64,000 bases of DNA from a bacterium (GCA_018675685.1 JABGXP010000010.1:49427-113426), one strand, 5' to 3'. Counted from the first letter of the stretch, positions 18,891-29,418 are shown. The notes: generated by a model not told the origin, from the letters alone. Program-made: numbers and translations.

Positions 18891-19949
18891 ATGATGGAAT
18901 TTAAAAAGAAAAAAGTAAAATCACAAACTCTAGGTGAAAAACTAAAGCAAGTCAGGGAAAAAGCCAATGTTTCCTTGAGCGAAATAGCTAAGAATACAAA
19001 AATTAGAAAGCTTTACCTAGAGATGCTGGAATCAGGGCGTTTTGATAAATTGCCCCCAGATGTTTATGTTAAAGGTTTTCTCAATGGGTACGCTGAATAT
19101 CTAGGGATTGAACCAGCTGATGTGATGAAATTATACGAGAAAGAAAGAGGGATTCAAAGAAGTATGAAGAAAACGCGGAACGAAGATCAGTCCATTGTTA
19201 AGAAAAATAGAAAATTTGAATTGCCCGCTATTGTTTTTACCCCCAAAATTTTTACCGGAATATTCTTCGCGAGTTTGGTATTGTTGGGAGGAATTTATTT
19301 CTATAGGGAAGTTGGTGAATTTTCAAAAGCTCCACGCTTAGTTATTCTTCAGCCAACAAGCGATATCTCAATTGATGTCAGTTCCATCGAGGTTATTGGT
19401 ATCACTGACAAGGAAGGAAAAATCAGAATTAACGGACAACCAGTTTTTGTTAATGATAAAGGAGAATTCAAGGAAACTCTTAGTTTGCAAAGTGGAGTTA
19501 ATGAGATTGAAGTAAAGGCTATTAATCGTTTTTCCAACGAAGAAGCAAAACGTTTCAATGTATCAGCTAATTATGAAACTGATATTGCAAAAGAAGAAGT
19601 GGGAAGTGTAATGGGAGCTCAAGACAAACAAGAAGAGGAAACAGTTAGGTTGGAAATAAAAATCAAAGATTTTCCTACTTGGGTATTGGTTACTGTTGAT
19701 GGCAAAAATATCCAAAATGGCACAATGTTGCCAGGAGCAATCCAAATCTTTGAAGGGCAAGAAAAAATTTCTGTAACAGCCGGTAGAGCAGACCAGGTTT
19801 TCGTTAAGTTAGGAGAAAAAGATCTGGGGTCATTGAGCGAAGACCCAGTAGTTATCAGAGATATTGTCTTTACACCAGAGAGTGAGGGTATTTTATTGCA
19901 AGAAGACGAAAAAAATGAAAAACAAGAGAGCGAAGTGGACAATATTTAG
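18891..19949 (+). CDS. rodZ: RodZ-like cytoskeleton protein (HTH_25 + TM + DUF4115-like)
   Basis: N-terminal XRE-type HTH (LGEKLKQVREKANVSLSEIAKNTKIRKLYLEMLESG), a TM helix at ~125-145, and a beta-rich C-terminal domain. Confidence 0.6.
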   Translation: MMEFKKKKVKSQTLGEKLKQVREKANVSLSEIAKNTKIRKLYLEMLESGRFDKLPPDVYVKGFLNGYAEYLGIEPADVMKLYEKERGIQRSMKKTRNEDQSIVKKNRKFELPAIVFTPKIFTGIFFASLVLLGGIYFYREVGEFSKAPRLVILQPTSDISIDVSSIEVIGITDKEGKIRINGQPVFVNDKGEFKETLSLQSGVNEIEVKAINRFSNEEAKRFNVSANYETDIAKEEVGSVMGAQDKQEEETVRLEIKIKDFPTWVLVTVDGKNIQNGTMLPGAIQIFEGQEKISVTAGRADQVFVKLGEKDLGSLSEDPVVIRDIVFTPESEGILLQEDEKNEKQESEVDNI

Positions 19950-20006
19950 AATAAATATAAAGCAAATAAGTAAAAAAAGAGAAGATTAATATAATAAGAC
20001 ATAAAT

Positions 20007-21020
20007 ATGGCAAAAGAAGAGAAGAAAAAGAATGGGGGGAAAGTTATCGGGGATGTCATGAACGAGATCAAAGAAAAGTTTGGTGAGGGGTCAATTATGA
20101 GATTGGGGGAGGTTAAAAAGGTTGATATCGCAGCTATTCCAACCGGGTCACCATCACTTGATATTGCCCTTGGAATTGGAGGTGTTCCTAGAGGAAGAGT
20201 TATTGAGATCTATGGTCCAGAGTCTTCAGGGAAGACAACTTTAAGTTTGCATGTGATTGCAAATGCACAAAAGGAAGGTGGGATAGCCGCTTTTGTGGAC
20301 GCTGAACATGCGCTTGACCCTGGTTATGCTAAGAAAATTGGAGTAAATGTCGATGAATTATTAATCTCCCAACCAGACGCTGGAGAACAGGCATTGGAGA
20401 TTGTTGAAACTCTAGTTCGCTCAAATGCAGTAGATGTAATAGTTGTTGATTCTGTTGCTGCGTTGGTTCCAAGAGCTGAAATCGAAGGAGAAATGGGAGA
20501 TTCACATATGGGGCTTCAAGCAAGACTGATGTCTCAGGCACTCAGAAAACTAACCGGAATTGTTGCAAAATCAAACGTATTAGTTGTTTTTATCAATCAA
20601 ATCAGAATGAAAATAGGTGTTGTATTTGGAAACCCAGAGACCACAACAGGTGGAAATGCGCTAAAGTTCTATTCCTCTGTCAGAATTGAAGTTCGAAGAG
20701 CTGCTCAAATCAAACAAGGGGATATCATCATTGGAAATCGAGTTAAGGCTAAGATCGTGAAAAACAAAGTTGCGCCACCATTTCAAGTTGCTGAATTTGA
20801 TATCATGTACAATGAAGGAATCTCAAGGGAAGGTGATCTAGTGGATACCGGAGTTAAATATGGTGTTCTGAAAAAATCAGGGTCTTGGTATCAACTTGGT
20901 GAAGAAAAAATTGGTCAAGGAAGGGAAGCTGCAAAAAATTTCCTAAGAGAGAACAAAAAAGCAGCAAAAGATGTTTATGCAAAAATAAAAAAGAATATTA
21001 AAGAAGAGGAGGCTAACTAA
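20007..21020 (+). CDS. recA: Recombinase RecA
   Basis: Walker [10 protein letters not shown], and the L1/L2 regions. Length 337 aa. Confidence 0.95.
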   Translation: MAKEEKKKNGGKVIGDVMNEIKEKFGEGSIMRLGEVKKVDIAAIPTGSPSLDIALGIGGVPRGRVIEIYGPESSGKTTLSLHVIANAQKEGGIAAFVDAEHALDPGYAKKIGVNVDELLISQPDAGEQALEIVETLVRSNAVDVIVVDSVAALVPRAEIEGEMGDSHMGLQARLMSQALRKLTGIVAKSNVLVVFINQIRMKIGVVFGNPETTTGGNALKFYSSVRIEVRRAAQIKQGDIIIGNRVKAKIVKNKVAPPFQVAEFDIMYNEGISREGDLVDTGVKYGVLKKSGSWYQLGEEKIGQGREAAKNFLRENKKAAKDVYAKIKKNIKEEEAN

Positions 21021-21026
21021 AACAAT

Positions 21027-21812
21027 ATGTCTGTATCCTATAACATTGTTTTCTTTGCCGCTATAATGGGTATTCTGCCCGTTACTTGGTGGTTTTGGAT
21101 TATCATCAAAGAAAACCATTTTGGGAAAAGTAGTTTTAATTTACTAGTTGAAGTTTTTTTCTGGGGCGTGCTAACAGCCATTCCAGCTAGTATTATTGAA
21201 ATGATTATAGCAGATACAGGTGGCGGTAGTCAGATTGTTACATGGATGCAAAAAATCTGGCTATTTGGTGAAGTACCCTTCAAATTCACAGCGTTTTTAT
21301 CAGCAGGGCTAATTGCTACGATTGAAGAGCTATCGAAATTGATCGGAATCATCATTATCTTAGGAAAGAGGAATTTCAAGAATGTAAATGAAGGTTTGAT
21401 ATTTGGTTTAGTAGTGGGGCTTGCTTTCGCAGTGACTGAGAACGGAGTTTATTTTTCGACAGCTGTTCAGTCCAGGGAAGTAATAGATTTCGGCAGTGTC
21501 ATTGTATTGAGATTTGTTCTTTCGACTTCTGCACATGTTATCTATTCAGGTATAGCAGGGTTATTTTTTGCCAAGGCAATAGCAGCGAAAGGAGTTCAAA
21601 AAGCGCAGTTTTTTCTGTTATCAATTTGCTTTCCAATCTTGACTCACGCAATCTTCAATTTTCTCTTAGGAGGTCCAAGAGGTATTAACAGCGCAATTTT
21701 AGCAATTATTATGAGCATTGGGTTGTTGATGCTATGGAACGAGTACCAAGAAAATATGGGAAAGCATGCATTTAAAAATAAAAAGAAAATCAAAAAAAAT
21801 GCAAAAAAGTAA
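21027..21812 (+). CDS. PrsW-family intramembrane protease
   Basis: Polytopic membrane protein with the EExxK motif (IEELSKL), FAVTEN, and a conserved His (SAHVIYSG). Confidence 0.6.
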   Translation: MSVSYNIVFFAAIMGILPVTWWFWIIIKENHFGKSSFNLLVEVFFWGVLTAIPASIIEMIIADTGGGSQIVTWMQKIWLFGEVPFKFTAFLSAGLIATIEELSKLIGIIIILGKRNFKNVNEGLIFGLVVGLAFAVTENGVYFSTAVQSREVIDFGSVIVLRFVLSTSAHVIYSGIAGLFFAKAIAAKGVQKAQFFLLSICFPILTHAIFNFLLGGPRGINSAILAIIMSIGLLMLWNEYQENMGKHAFKNKKKIKKNAKK

Positions 21813-22746
21813 ATATCAAAAAATAAACAATCTCCTCGTGGTACTAGCGGGCTTGTTTTTGGTTTTATTCATTGGACTGAGAATACTTTATCCAAAGGAC
21901 CATTTTGATTCTACTAAAAATAATATGACAGTTGTGGCTGCAAAATTTGAAACTGAGCAAAAACAAAGAGGATATTTAGCCGTTGCACCTCAAATCGAAC
22001 ATAATTTCTATTCGGCAAAAATAGAAATAGTTTCAGAAAAAGACTTGAAGTTTGATGATGAAGCTATTGCATTCAAGGGTTTCATGGCTCAGCTTTATCC
22101 ACTTGGGGAAGAAATCGTTACAGCTGAAGAATTAAGAGAATTTATTTTTTCAAACGATGAAGAAATTCCGAATGGAACTTTGATTTCAACAAAAGGCGCT
22201 GTGTATATATATTCACGTGGTAAATGGAGACCTTTTTTAGGAGCACAAATTTTTGAAAATTTAAAATTTGATTGGAGTAGAGTAACTGCTCTGAAACATG
22301 ACGCTGTTGGGGGTTTCCAGGAGGGAGAAAGAATAATTTTCAGAACCCCACACCCGGATGGTACAATATTCAAAACAAAAGATGACAATTTTTTCTTATC
22401 GTGGGAGGAAAAGTTATTACCCATAAAAAGCGAGGAAATAATCAAAAGTGTTTGGGAAGATTATTATTCTGTTACGATTGAACAAAGAAGTCCGATGAAA
22501 ATTGGAGAATGTAAAAAATCTAGCATTAGTAATAATTTGAAATGTTTTTTCCCAAAAGAATATCGCACTCGAGAAATCTCTGGTAATATGTTTATTTTTT
22601 CTTTAGGTGAGGAATTAGACAAAATCACAAAATCAAAAGTTACGCTAGGAACATTTAATGTTTTCGATTTGGAAAACCCTAAAATAACGCTAAGTGTGAA
22701 CAAGAAAAGAATGATTGAAAAGTACAGTCAAGAAATTTTAAAATAA
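21766..22746 (+). CDS. Hypothetical membrane-anchored protein
   Basis: N-terminal TM helix. The start may be the ATG at 21799. No recognisable family. Confidence 0.4.
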   Translation: MHLKIKRKSKKMQKSKYQKINNLLVVLAGLFLVLFIGLRILYPKDHFDSTKNNMTVVAAKFETEQKQRGYLAVAPQIEHNFYSAKIEIVSEKDLKFDDEAIAFKGFMAQLYPLGEEIVTAEELREFIFSNDEEIPNGTLISTKGAVYIYSRGKWRPFLGAQIFENLKFDWSRVTALKHDAVGGFQEGERIIFRTPHPDGTIFKTKDDNFFLSWEEKLLPIKSEEIIKSVWEDYYSVTIEQRSPMKIGECKKSSISNNLKCFFPKEYRTREISGNMFIFSLGEELDKITKSKVTLGTFNVFDLENPKITLSVNKKRMIEKYSQEILK

Positions 22747-22750
22747 ACTT

Positions 22751-23128
22751 ATGCTTAGAATTAAGAAATTTTTTTACAAAAATAAAGCACTGGCTGACCT
22801 AGTCAGGAAAAGCACAGTGGTTTTAGTAGTTTTTTATTTAGGTTGTTTTGCTGTTGAATCAATCCTTCCAGGAGTTGTCATGGAAGCTTTCAACTTTAAT
22901 ATATTATTGTTTTTGATTGTGGCAATGATAGCAAGTATAACTTTCTCAGAAAAGGAAAGCGATGTTATAGTGTTTAAAAAAACACAAAAATATCTTTTTG
23001 TGTTCCTACTAATTTTATTTTTAGGCACTCTCTTTATTGTTTTGTATAGAGTTTCTTTGGTAGAAGCAATGGTCTACTTGGTGGCTTGTTTTGTGCTCTT
23101 TGGACCTTTAAAAAAACTATTTGAATAG
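22751..23128 (+). CDS. Hypothetical small membrane protein
   Basis: 125 aa with 3-4 TM helices. Confidence 0.35.
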   Translation: MLRIKKFFYKNKALADLVRKSTVVLVVFYLGCFAVESILPGVVMEAFNFNILLFLIVAMIASITFSEKESDVIVFKKTQKYLFVFLLILFLGTLFIVLYRVSLVEAMVYLVACFVLFGPLKKLFE

Positions 23129-23201
23129 CTACCTGTTAGCATTGTTGAAAAATTCAAAGAAAAGGCTTGACAAGAAAAATAGTTTAGGGTAGACTATCAT
23201 A

Positions 23202-23302
23202 ATATTTTATTTTCAAATGTTAGCACTACACCGCTTATGATCTTGGCAAGGTAACTCCCTCCTATCCCTTGCCAATGATTCATTAGCGGTGTAGTGTTTT
23301 TT
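23202..23302 (+). ncRNA. Candidate small structured RNA, or an unusually long nested terminator
   Basis: Promoter-like TTGACA (23166..23171) - N17 - TAGACT. Then a 12-bp outer stem CACTACACCGCT/AGCGGTGTAGTG (23223..23295) enclosing an inner stem TTGGCAAGG/CCTTGCCAA with the loop UAACUCCCUCCUAUC. Then six T residues. Confidence 0.3.
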
Positions 23303-23323
23303 ATTTGAAAGAATATTTTGTGC

Positions 23324-23905
23324 TCAATTAAAATTGCTCATTGTTTTTTCTAGCCCATCTTCCAAGAAACTTTCGATACATTCACGAGCGGAGGCGATTA
23401 CTTTTTCCAACTCAACTGTTTCTTCTGAGGAAAACTTTCCAAGTACAAATTTTTCAGTCGGGATTTTTTGTCTTGAAAGCCCTGTTGAAATTCCAATTCT
23501 CAATCTTGTAAAATCTTTAGAGTGTAGATGTTCGATGATCGAACCAATCCCATTATGTCCACCAGAGGTAGAGTTTTTAGATAAACGAATTTGTCCAAAA
23601 GGTAAATCAATATCATCATGAACAACAAGCAGATCATCTGCTTGTATATTCAGATATTTCATTGCAGCCACGGTTGGTTCCCCAGAGAGATTCATGAAGG
23701 ACATTGGTTTCATGAGGTGAATTTTTTCTTCCACTAAAATTGTTGCAAGTTCACCATTTATTTTTTTGTTGAAAGCAAAAGGAGTAACAGAGGGCAAGTT
23801 TAGATTTTCCAGCAATGAGTCTAACACCATAAACCCAATATTATGTCTGGTTTTTTTGTATTTATCACCTGGATTGCCGAGGCCTATAATTAGAAAGTTT
23901 TTCAT
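23324..23905 (-). CDS. pth: Peptidyl-tRNA hydrolase
   Basis: LIIGLGNPGDKYKKTRHNIGF and the catalytic His region. Length 193 aa. Confidence 0.95.
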   Translation of the reverse strand: MKNFLIIGLGNPGDKYKKTRHNIGFMVLDSLLENLNLPSVTPFAFNKKINGELATILVEEKIHLMKPMSFMNLSGEPTVAAMKYLNIQADDLLVVHDDIDLPFGQIRLSKNSTSGGHNGIGSIIEHLHSKDFTRLRIGISTGLSRQKIPTEKFVLGKFSSEETVELEKVIASARECIESFLEDGLEKTMSNFN

Positions 23906-23920
23906 TATTATTTGTGTTAA

Positions 23921-25447
23921 CTATTCTTTTTTAAATAAAACATTTCCGTCTTCATTAATAATACTCCTGTCACGTATTTCTTTTGGGCTATCCTCTTCTT
24001 TCTCATTTTGCATTTCAAAATATGTTAAAATATCGTTAGATAGACAGGCTACTATATCAAATTTTTGCAATTGGCTTGTTTCCATGGGAGCTTCGGAGCT
24101 GTCTTCTTCGGGGGAACGGTATTCTATTTTTGCATTTAATTTAGCGGCAAGATCATCGAGTGTGAAGATTTTTCTTTCTTTAGAGATGTTCAAAATAGTA
24201 TTTTCTTTTGGACAAACAGGAAGATCTTCACCTGTTGGATTAATTGTAGTATGGTATCCAAAGTTATTTAATGCAACTTTTATTTTATGATAATCCTTTT
24301 TGTTCTCTAAGACAACTGCAATTTTGGCATCCTCTTTTTTAATTGCAGTTTCTTTTCTTTTTATTTTCTCTAAATCGAAAATATTTTCTGATAATTCGTG
24401 GATTTGTTTGTAATTATTCGCTTTTGGGACAAGAACGTAAGCCATAACTCCGCCCATTTCAACATGAGTTGATCCAAGTAGCGAATCAGAGCTCCAGGCA
24501 TCTAAAACCTTGGAAGTCATTTGATAGACATTAACTTTGCGAGCCAAGTCAATAAAAGATGGTATCTCGGCTAGTTGAATATCGGTTTTAATATGATCAC
24601 CAAGCGTGTCGATTAGGGAACTTATCTTCACTGGGTTTACAATTGTTTCTAGTGAGAATGCTTTCTTCTTTGCTGCTGCCAAGACCTCTTGTTGTCTTGA
24701 AGCTCTTCCAAAATCACCTCCTTTAATGTGACGAACTCGAGCATACTTCAAAGCAGTCTCCGAATCAAGATGTTGAAACCCCTTTTTAAGCTCAAAGGTT
24801 TCATATGAATAATTGGGCCCTGGATAACTACTATCATAAATATCATTTTTAACCTCAACATCAACACCCCCCAATTCTTTGATTATATTTTTGAACCCCA
24901 TAAAGTCCAAAGTAAGGTAATAATGTATCTCTTGTCCAGTAATATTTTCCATAACAGTCTTTATGTTGCTCATAGACTCGCTACTAGAGAGGGACTTATT
25001 CTTTATTGAAAAAGTGTAGATAGCATTGATCTTGGTGTGAAGACCGTTTGTTTTTGGAATTTTTGTGTATAAATCACGAGGAACAGAAAGCATCGCTGAT
25101 TTATAGTTATTTGTGTTAACAGAGACCATCATGATCGTGTCAGTAAGGTGCTGGGATTTATAGCCCTCACCACTCATGCCTAATAATAAAATATTTGTTC
25201 TTCCGTCATCATCTCCCCGAAGAGGAATTCTGTTGTTTGTGATTAAAGTTTTTGCAGTTTCGATAAAACCCCTTGTTTCGATTGAATCACCTGCATCATT
25301 TTGTGCTATTTCAACTATTTTGCCCTCCATCTTGTATAGTTTATATCCAATAAAACCTCCGTAAGCAAGAGTCAAAATGAAAAGGAATAGAAAAATTCTT
25401 AAGATAAAACTTTTCCAGATGATTTTTAGTTTAGTCTTTTTTGTCAT
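23921..25447 (-). CDS. LCP-family (LytR-CpsA-Psr) cell-envelope polymer transferase
   Basis: N-terminal TM helix. LCP core RTNILLLGMSGEGYKSQHLTDTIMMVSVN...LSVPRD, plus a C-terminal LytR_C-like extension. Confidence 0.8.
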   Translation of the reverse strand: MTKKTKLKIIWKSFILRIFLFLFILTLAYGGFIGYKLYKMEGKIVEIAQNDAGDSIETRGFIETAKTLITNNRIPLRGDDDGRTNILLLGMSGEGYKSQHLTDTIMMVSVNTNNYKSAMLSVPRDLYTKIPKTNGLHTKINAIYTFSIKNKSLSSSESMSNIKTVMENITGQEIHYYLTLDFMGFKNIIKELGGVDVEVKNDIYDSSYPGPNYSYETFELKKGFQHLDSETALKYARVRHIKGGDFGRASRQQEVLAAAKKKAFSLETIVNPVKISSLIDTLGDHIKTDIQLAEIPSFIDLARKVNVYQMTSKVLDAWSSDSLLGSTHVEMGGVMAYVLVPKANNYKQIHELSENIFDLEKIKRKETAIKKEDAKIAVVLENKKDYHKIKVALNNFGYHTTINPTGEDLPVCPKENTILNISKERKIFTLDDLAAKLNAKIEYRSPEEDSSEAPMETSQLQKFDIVACLSNDILTYFEMQNEKEEDSPKEIRDRSIINEDGNVLFKKE

Positions 25448-25538
25448 TAAGTGCGTAAAACTCTGGATTATGAATCATTTGTATTTTAGCACAAATGATC
25501 GTTAAAACTAAAAGGCAGATCTTAGAACCAAACAAAGA

Positions 25539-26699
25539 CTAGATAAAGAAGACGAATAAGAAATTAATCCCAGTAATAATAAAAGCCAGGTTTATCTTAG
25601 ATAAAAAGAGGGTAGAAATAAGTAAGAGGGAAACCTTACCAATAGTGATAGGGATTTCACGAAATATGATAAATTCATCAATGTCATGTTCTTTTTTCGC
25701 AAGTGCATAAGTTTCAGCTGTGTGGGGCACTGAGAACATAATCACAAAAAATCCAGAAGCCACTGAGAGAGCATATATTACAATTGATGATTCAGCAAAA
25801 AATTTGCTGATCCAAACAATCGCCAACATCAACGCTGCAATTTTCACAATCTTCGATCGATTGGCCTGATTAGCCTTATTGCCCATTAGAAGAGAGAAGA
25901 AAACCGTTCCAACCCCGAGTAACGTCCCAATAACTCCAACTGAAAATTCATTCTTTAAAACTAGAAAAACAAAAAGAGGCCAAAGAACTGATTCAGTTGT
26001 CCCCCCAATAATCTCCGAACAAGTCAGATAATAATGGCGTTTATATTTTTTCAACAATTTAAATCCTCGACGAAAGCTAAAATTAATATGAGGTTTTATT
26101 TCTGGTGTGTAAAGCAGGAGGCCAATTGGAATTAAGAGAAGAATTATTGCTATGATAAATAAAATTTCAAAGCTATAAAACAAGGTGATTGTACCACCGA
26201 GTAGGGGTGCAAGCATACTAGCAATGTGTTGAAAAGAAATTAATTTCCCCACCTGGGAACTCCTACTTCCTGTTTTAGTTGATCGTGCAAAAAGGGAATG
26301 CATGGGGACCCAATAAAGCGCTGCTTGGGCACCACTAACAATCGCTAACCCATAGAAAAGGTATAGATTAGGAAAAGAGTCTAGCACTGGGAGTAAAAGA
26401 AGGTAAATTAAAGACAATGGGAGGCTAATCAACATCGTGTGTTTCAAACCCAACCTGTTAGCTATCATGCCAACAAAGAAGTTGGTTGAAAGAATTGCTA
26501 ATTGTCTAACAACAAAGAAAAACAAAACCATGCTAATAGAGAAGCCCAAGGTTAGAAGATAGATGGGGATGAAAATTCCAAAGAGCGAAAAGACGAAACC
26601 TCTAATAGAGTGAATAATATAAATACCATTTATATCCTTTTTAAGAGACTCTAGGCAATGTGGAATATGTAAATGAGTTTGGTGGTGAAACGCGTGCAT
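25539..26699 (-). CDS. MFS-type transporter
   Basis: 386 aa with ~11-12 TM helices. Confidence 0.5.
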   Translation of the reverse strand: MHAFHHQTHLHIPHCLESLKKDINGIYIIHSIRGFVFSLFGIFIPIYLLTLGFSISMVLFFFVVRQLAILSTNFFVGMIANRLGLKHTMLISLPLSLIYLLLLPVLDSFPNLYLFYGLAIVSGAQAALYWVPMHSLFARSTKTGSRSSQVGKLISFQHIASMLAPLLGGTITLFYSFEILFIIAIILLLIPIGLLLYTPEIKPHINFSFRRGFKLLKKYKRHYYLTCSEIIGGTTESVLWPLFVFLVLKNEFSVGVIGTLLGVGTVFFSLLMGNKANQANRSKIVKIAALMLAIVWISKFFAESSIVIYALSVASGFFVIMFSVPHTAETYALAKKEHDIDEFIIFREIPITIGKVSLLLISTLFLSKINLAFIITGINFLFVFFI

Positions 26700-26863
26700 T
26701 TTTATTTTTGAAAAGTGGTTAACTAGAACTAGTATAACATGAAAATTTGCATAGTTTAAAAATGCTCTTTAGGGCTATAGCACAGCGTAATTGTTTAAAG
26801 TTTTTTTTGATGTTATAATTTCAATATATCAAAAAGCAAAAATAAACATAAATAAAAGCGAAT

Positions 26864-29317
26864 ATGGGCTTCTTTCTTTGGTACTGGACAAAAGGCATAA
26901 AGGGATATTTTGTTGTTTGGAACAACTTCCTTTCTCATTTTTGGAAATTTTTTAGTGTTAAGCATCTTTTTGCTACGCTTTTCTCGGCTTGGAGAAAAGA
27001 TTTAACACCAAAGGATTGGATAGGACTCCATCCTATCTTAGAGGCTCAGCGATTTGTGGTGAACTTGATTTTTAGATTTTTTGGAGCGATCGTTCGTTTC
27101 ATTGTTGCATCATTTGGGATCTTAGTTGTATCTGTGGTATTCATTATCGGATTTTTATTTATGATAGTCTGGGGATTGGCTCCTGTGGTGCTTATTTTTT
27201 CAATTATTGGTATAACGCTAGGAGAAAGATTGTATGGTTTTTCATTGTTTGCGATTATTCTATTTTTCATCGCTGCTATGCTGATGTATTTAGAGGACAA
27301 AAAAATTCCATACAGTGAACTTCCAGTTGAAAAAATGCCAAGATTCGCTTGGTTTAAGAGAATTGCTCAGAGGATTGGGATGGCTCCGAGTGAGTTAACG
27401 GCTGGACTACTAGCTGATAAGGAGAAGTTAACAGATGTCTTGAAGAAGTATGATGTGTCTATTGATGAGTTTAATTTAATTCTAAAATGGGAAATGGATT
27501 TGCAAGTAGCCAAAGAAAAGGAAGGGAAGTTTTGGTTGATGGAGAATTTACGAAAATCAGTTCCAATCGGGAAAGGCTGGGAGTATGGATACACAGTAAC
27601 AATTGACCGTCATGCTCTGGAATTATCTAGCTATGACCCAACCGAATATCGATTAGTGCTACCAATTGGATATGACGAGGAAATTGAAATGTCAAAATTA
27701 GTTTTGGCGAAAGAAGAGCAAAACAATGTTCTTTTGATGGGGGATTCAGGAGTTGGTAAAAAAGCAATCATGCATCATATTGCTAAACAAGTTATGCAAG
27801 GGAAAGCTGGTCAGAATCTTAATGAAAAAAGGTTTATGTTGGTTGACCTCGGTAGCACAATTTCAGCAGTTGTGAATGAAGGTGGGGACCCAGAGCATGC
27901 ACTCCATTCTCTTTTTCAAGAAGCTGCTCTTGCCGGGAATATTATTTTAGCCATTGATGAAATTGGAAAATATCTTGATCCTGGGAAAAAATCTTCTATA
28001 AATGTTGCAGCAGTGATTGATAGATATTTAATGTTGCCGAATTTTCAAGTTATAGCAACGACAACACGGAAGAATTACCATTCTCTTGTTGAAAAACAAG
28101 AAGGAATTATTAAGAATTTTGATATTATTGAAATTGAAGAGCCAAGCGACAATGAAGCTATTAGAATTTTATTGCAAAAGTTTAGTGAACTCGAGCATGA
28201 TCAAGTCATTTTTACTTTTCAGGCTATTCGAGAAATTGTTCGTCGTTCTTCTCAGCTTGGAAAAATAATGCCATTACCAGGAAGAGCGATCGGATTTGCG
28301 AATAATGTACTTTTATATTGGGAAAAGAACCATGCTAATGAAGGAAAGAGAATTGGAGTAGAGGATGTTTTTCGTGTGATGAGTATTAAGACTGGCGTCA
28401 AACATGGTGAGATTTCTGAGGAAGAAAAGGACAAATTAATGAGCATGGAGAAACTTTTACACTCAAGAGTAATTGGTCAAGATGGAGCTGTAACTCAAAT
28501 TGCAAACTCTATTCGTAAAATGCGTGCAGGAATAAGGAATATTAAAAAACCAGTGGGTAGTTTTTTGTTTCTTGGACCAACTGGAGTTGGAAAGACTGAA
28601 ACTGCAAAAGCTCTTGCGGAAGTTCATTTTGGAGATGAAGAAAGAATGATCAGAATAGATATGAGTGAATATAAAACGCAAAATTCAATTGGCAGATTAA
28701 TAGGTTCACCGGCTACTGGAGAAGTAGGAATTTTAACAACAAAAGCAAAGGATTCTCCATTTTCGTTGATTCTCTTAGATGAAATTGAAAAAGCTCATAG
28801 CGATATATTGGACTTATTTTTGCAAGTTTTAGATGAGGGTTATATCACAGATGGTTTTGGTGAGAAAATTAGCTTTCGAGGAAGTATTATAATTGCCACT
28901 TCAAATGCTGGAGCACCACTGATAAAAACATTAGTTGAACAAAAAGTGGAAGCTGAAGAACTCAGAAAAAGACTAGTTGACCATATCGTTAATGAAGGAA
29001 TGTTCAGAGTAGAATTTTTGAATCGTTTCGATGCAGTAGTATTTTTCCGTGCACTGAAAAATGAGCAAATGAAAGAAGTTATTTCATTGATGCTTCAAAA
29101 ATTTGCTGTTCGAGTAGAAAGAGAAAAAAATATTTCAGTAAAATTTGGAGACAAGGTAGTGGAATGTGTGATTGAAAAAGGTTACGATCCGGTGTTTGGA
29201 GCTCGTTCAATTAATCGCTATATTTCTGATAAAATAGAAGATACAATTGCTACAAAGATTATTGCACATGACGTTGAACGGGGTGGAGAAGTCTTGCTAA
29301 CCACTGACGATTTTTAA
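26864..29317 (+). CDS. Membrane-anchored ClpA/ClpB-like double AAA+ ATPase (D1 P-loop degenerate, D2 canonical)
   Basis: About 200 aa with 3-4 TM helices come first. D1 motifs: LLMGDSGVGKKAIMHH (GxxGxGKK: Lys in place of Thr/Ser) and the Walker B-like IILAIDEIGKYL. D2 motifs: FLFLGPTGVGKTETAKALA, LILLDEIEKAH, TSNAG, GARSINRYI. The ClpB_D2-small region is present. Confidence 0.75.
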   Translation: MGFFLWYWTKGIKGYFVVWNNFLSHFWKFFSVKHLFATLFSAWRKDLTPKDWIGLHPILEAQRFVVNLIFRFFGAIVRFIVASFGILVVSVVFIIGFLFMIVWGLAPVVLIFSIIGITLGERLYGFSLFAIILFFIAAMLMYLEDKKIPYSELPVEKMPRFAWFKRIAQRIGMAPSELTAGLLADKEKLTDVLKKYDVSIDEFNLILKWEMDLQVAKEKEGKFWLMENLRKSVPIGKGWEYGYTVTIDRHALELSSYDPTEYRLVLPIGYDEEIEMSKLVLAKEEQNNVLLMGDSGVGKKAIMHHIAKQVMQGKAGQNLNEKRFMLVDLGSTISAVVNEGGDPEHALHSLFQEAALAGNIILAIDEIGKYLDPGKKSSINVAAVIDRYLMLPNFQVIATTTRKNYHSLVEKQEGIIKNFDIIEIEEPSDNEAIRILLQKFSELEHDQVIFTFQAIREIVRRSSQLGKIMPLPGRAIGFANNVLLYWEKNHANEGKRIGVEDVFRVMSIKTGVKHGEISEEEKDKLMSMEKLLHSRVIGQDGAVTQIANSIRKMRAGIRNIKKPVGSFLFLGPTGVGKTETAKALAEVHFGDEERMIRIDMSEYKTQNSIGRLIGSPATGEVGILTTKAKDSPFSLILLDEIEKAHSDILDLFLQVLDEGYITDGFGEKISFRGSIIIATSNAGAPLIKTLVEQKVEAEELRKRLVDHIVNEGMFRVEFLNRFDAVVFFRALKNEQMKEVISLMLQKFAVRVEREKNISVKFGDKVVECVIEKGYDPVFGARSINRYISDKIEDTIATKIIAHDVERGGEVLLTTDDF

Positions 29318-29418
29318 AGATAAGCTATACTTGTGTCAATAAAAAATCCTGGAATTCCAGGATTTTTTATTGACAGTAGATATTTACAAACTAAAACAGT
29401 TTAAAATGTGATTAAAGG

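Noticed and set aside
23766-24290. 174-aa plus-strand ORF across the pth/LCP junction.
   Set aside because: It is antisense to two confident genes and spans their intergenic gap, and is low-complexity. Spurious.
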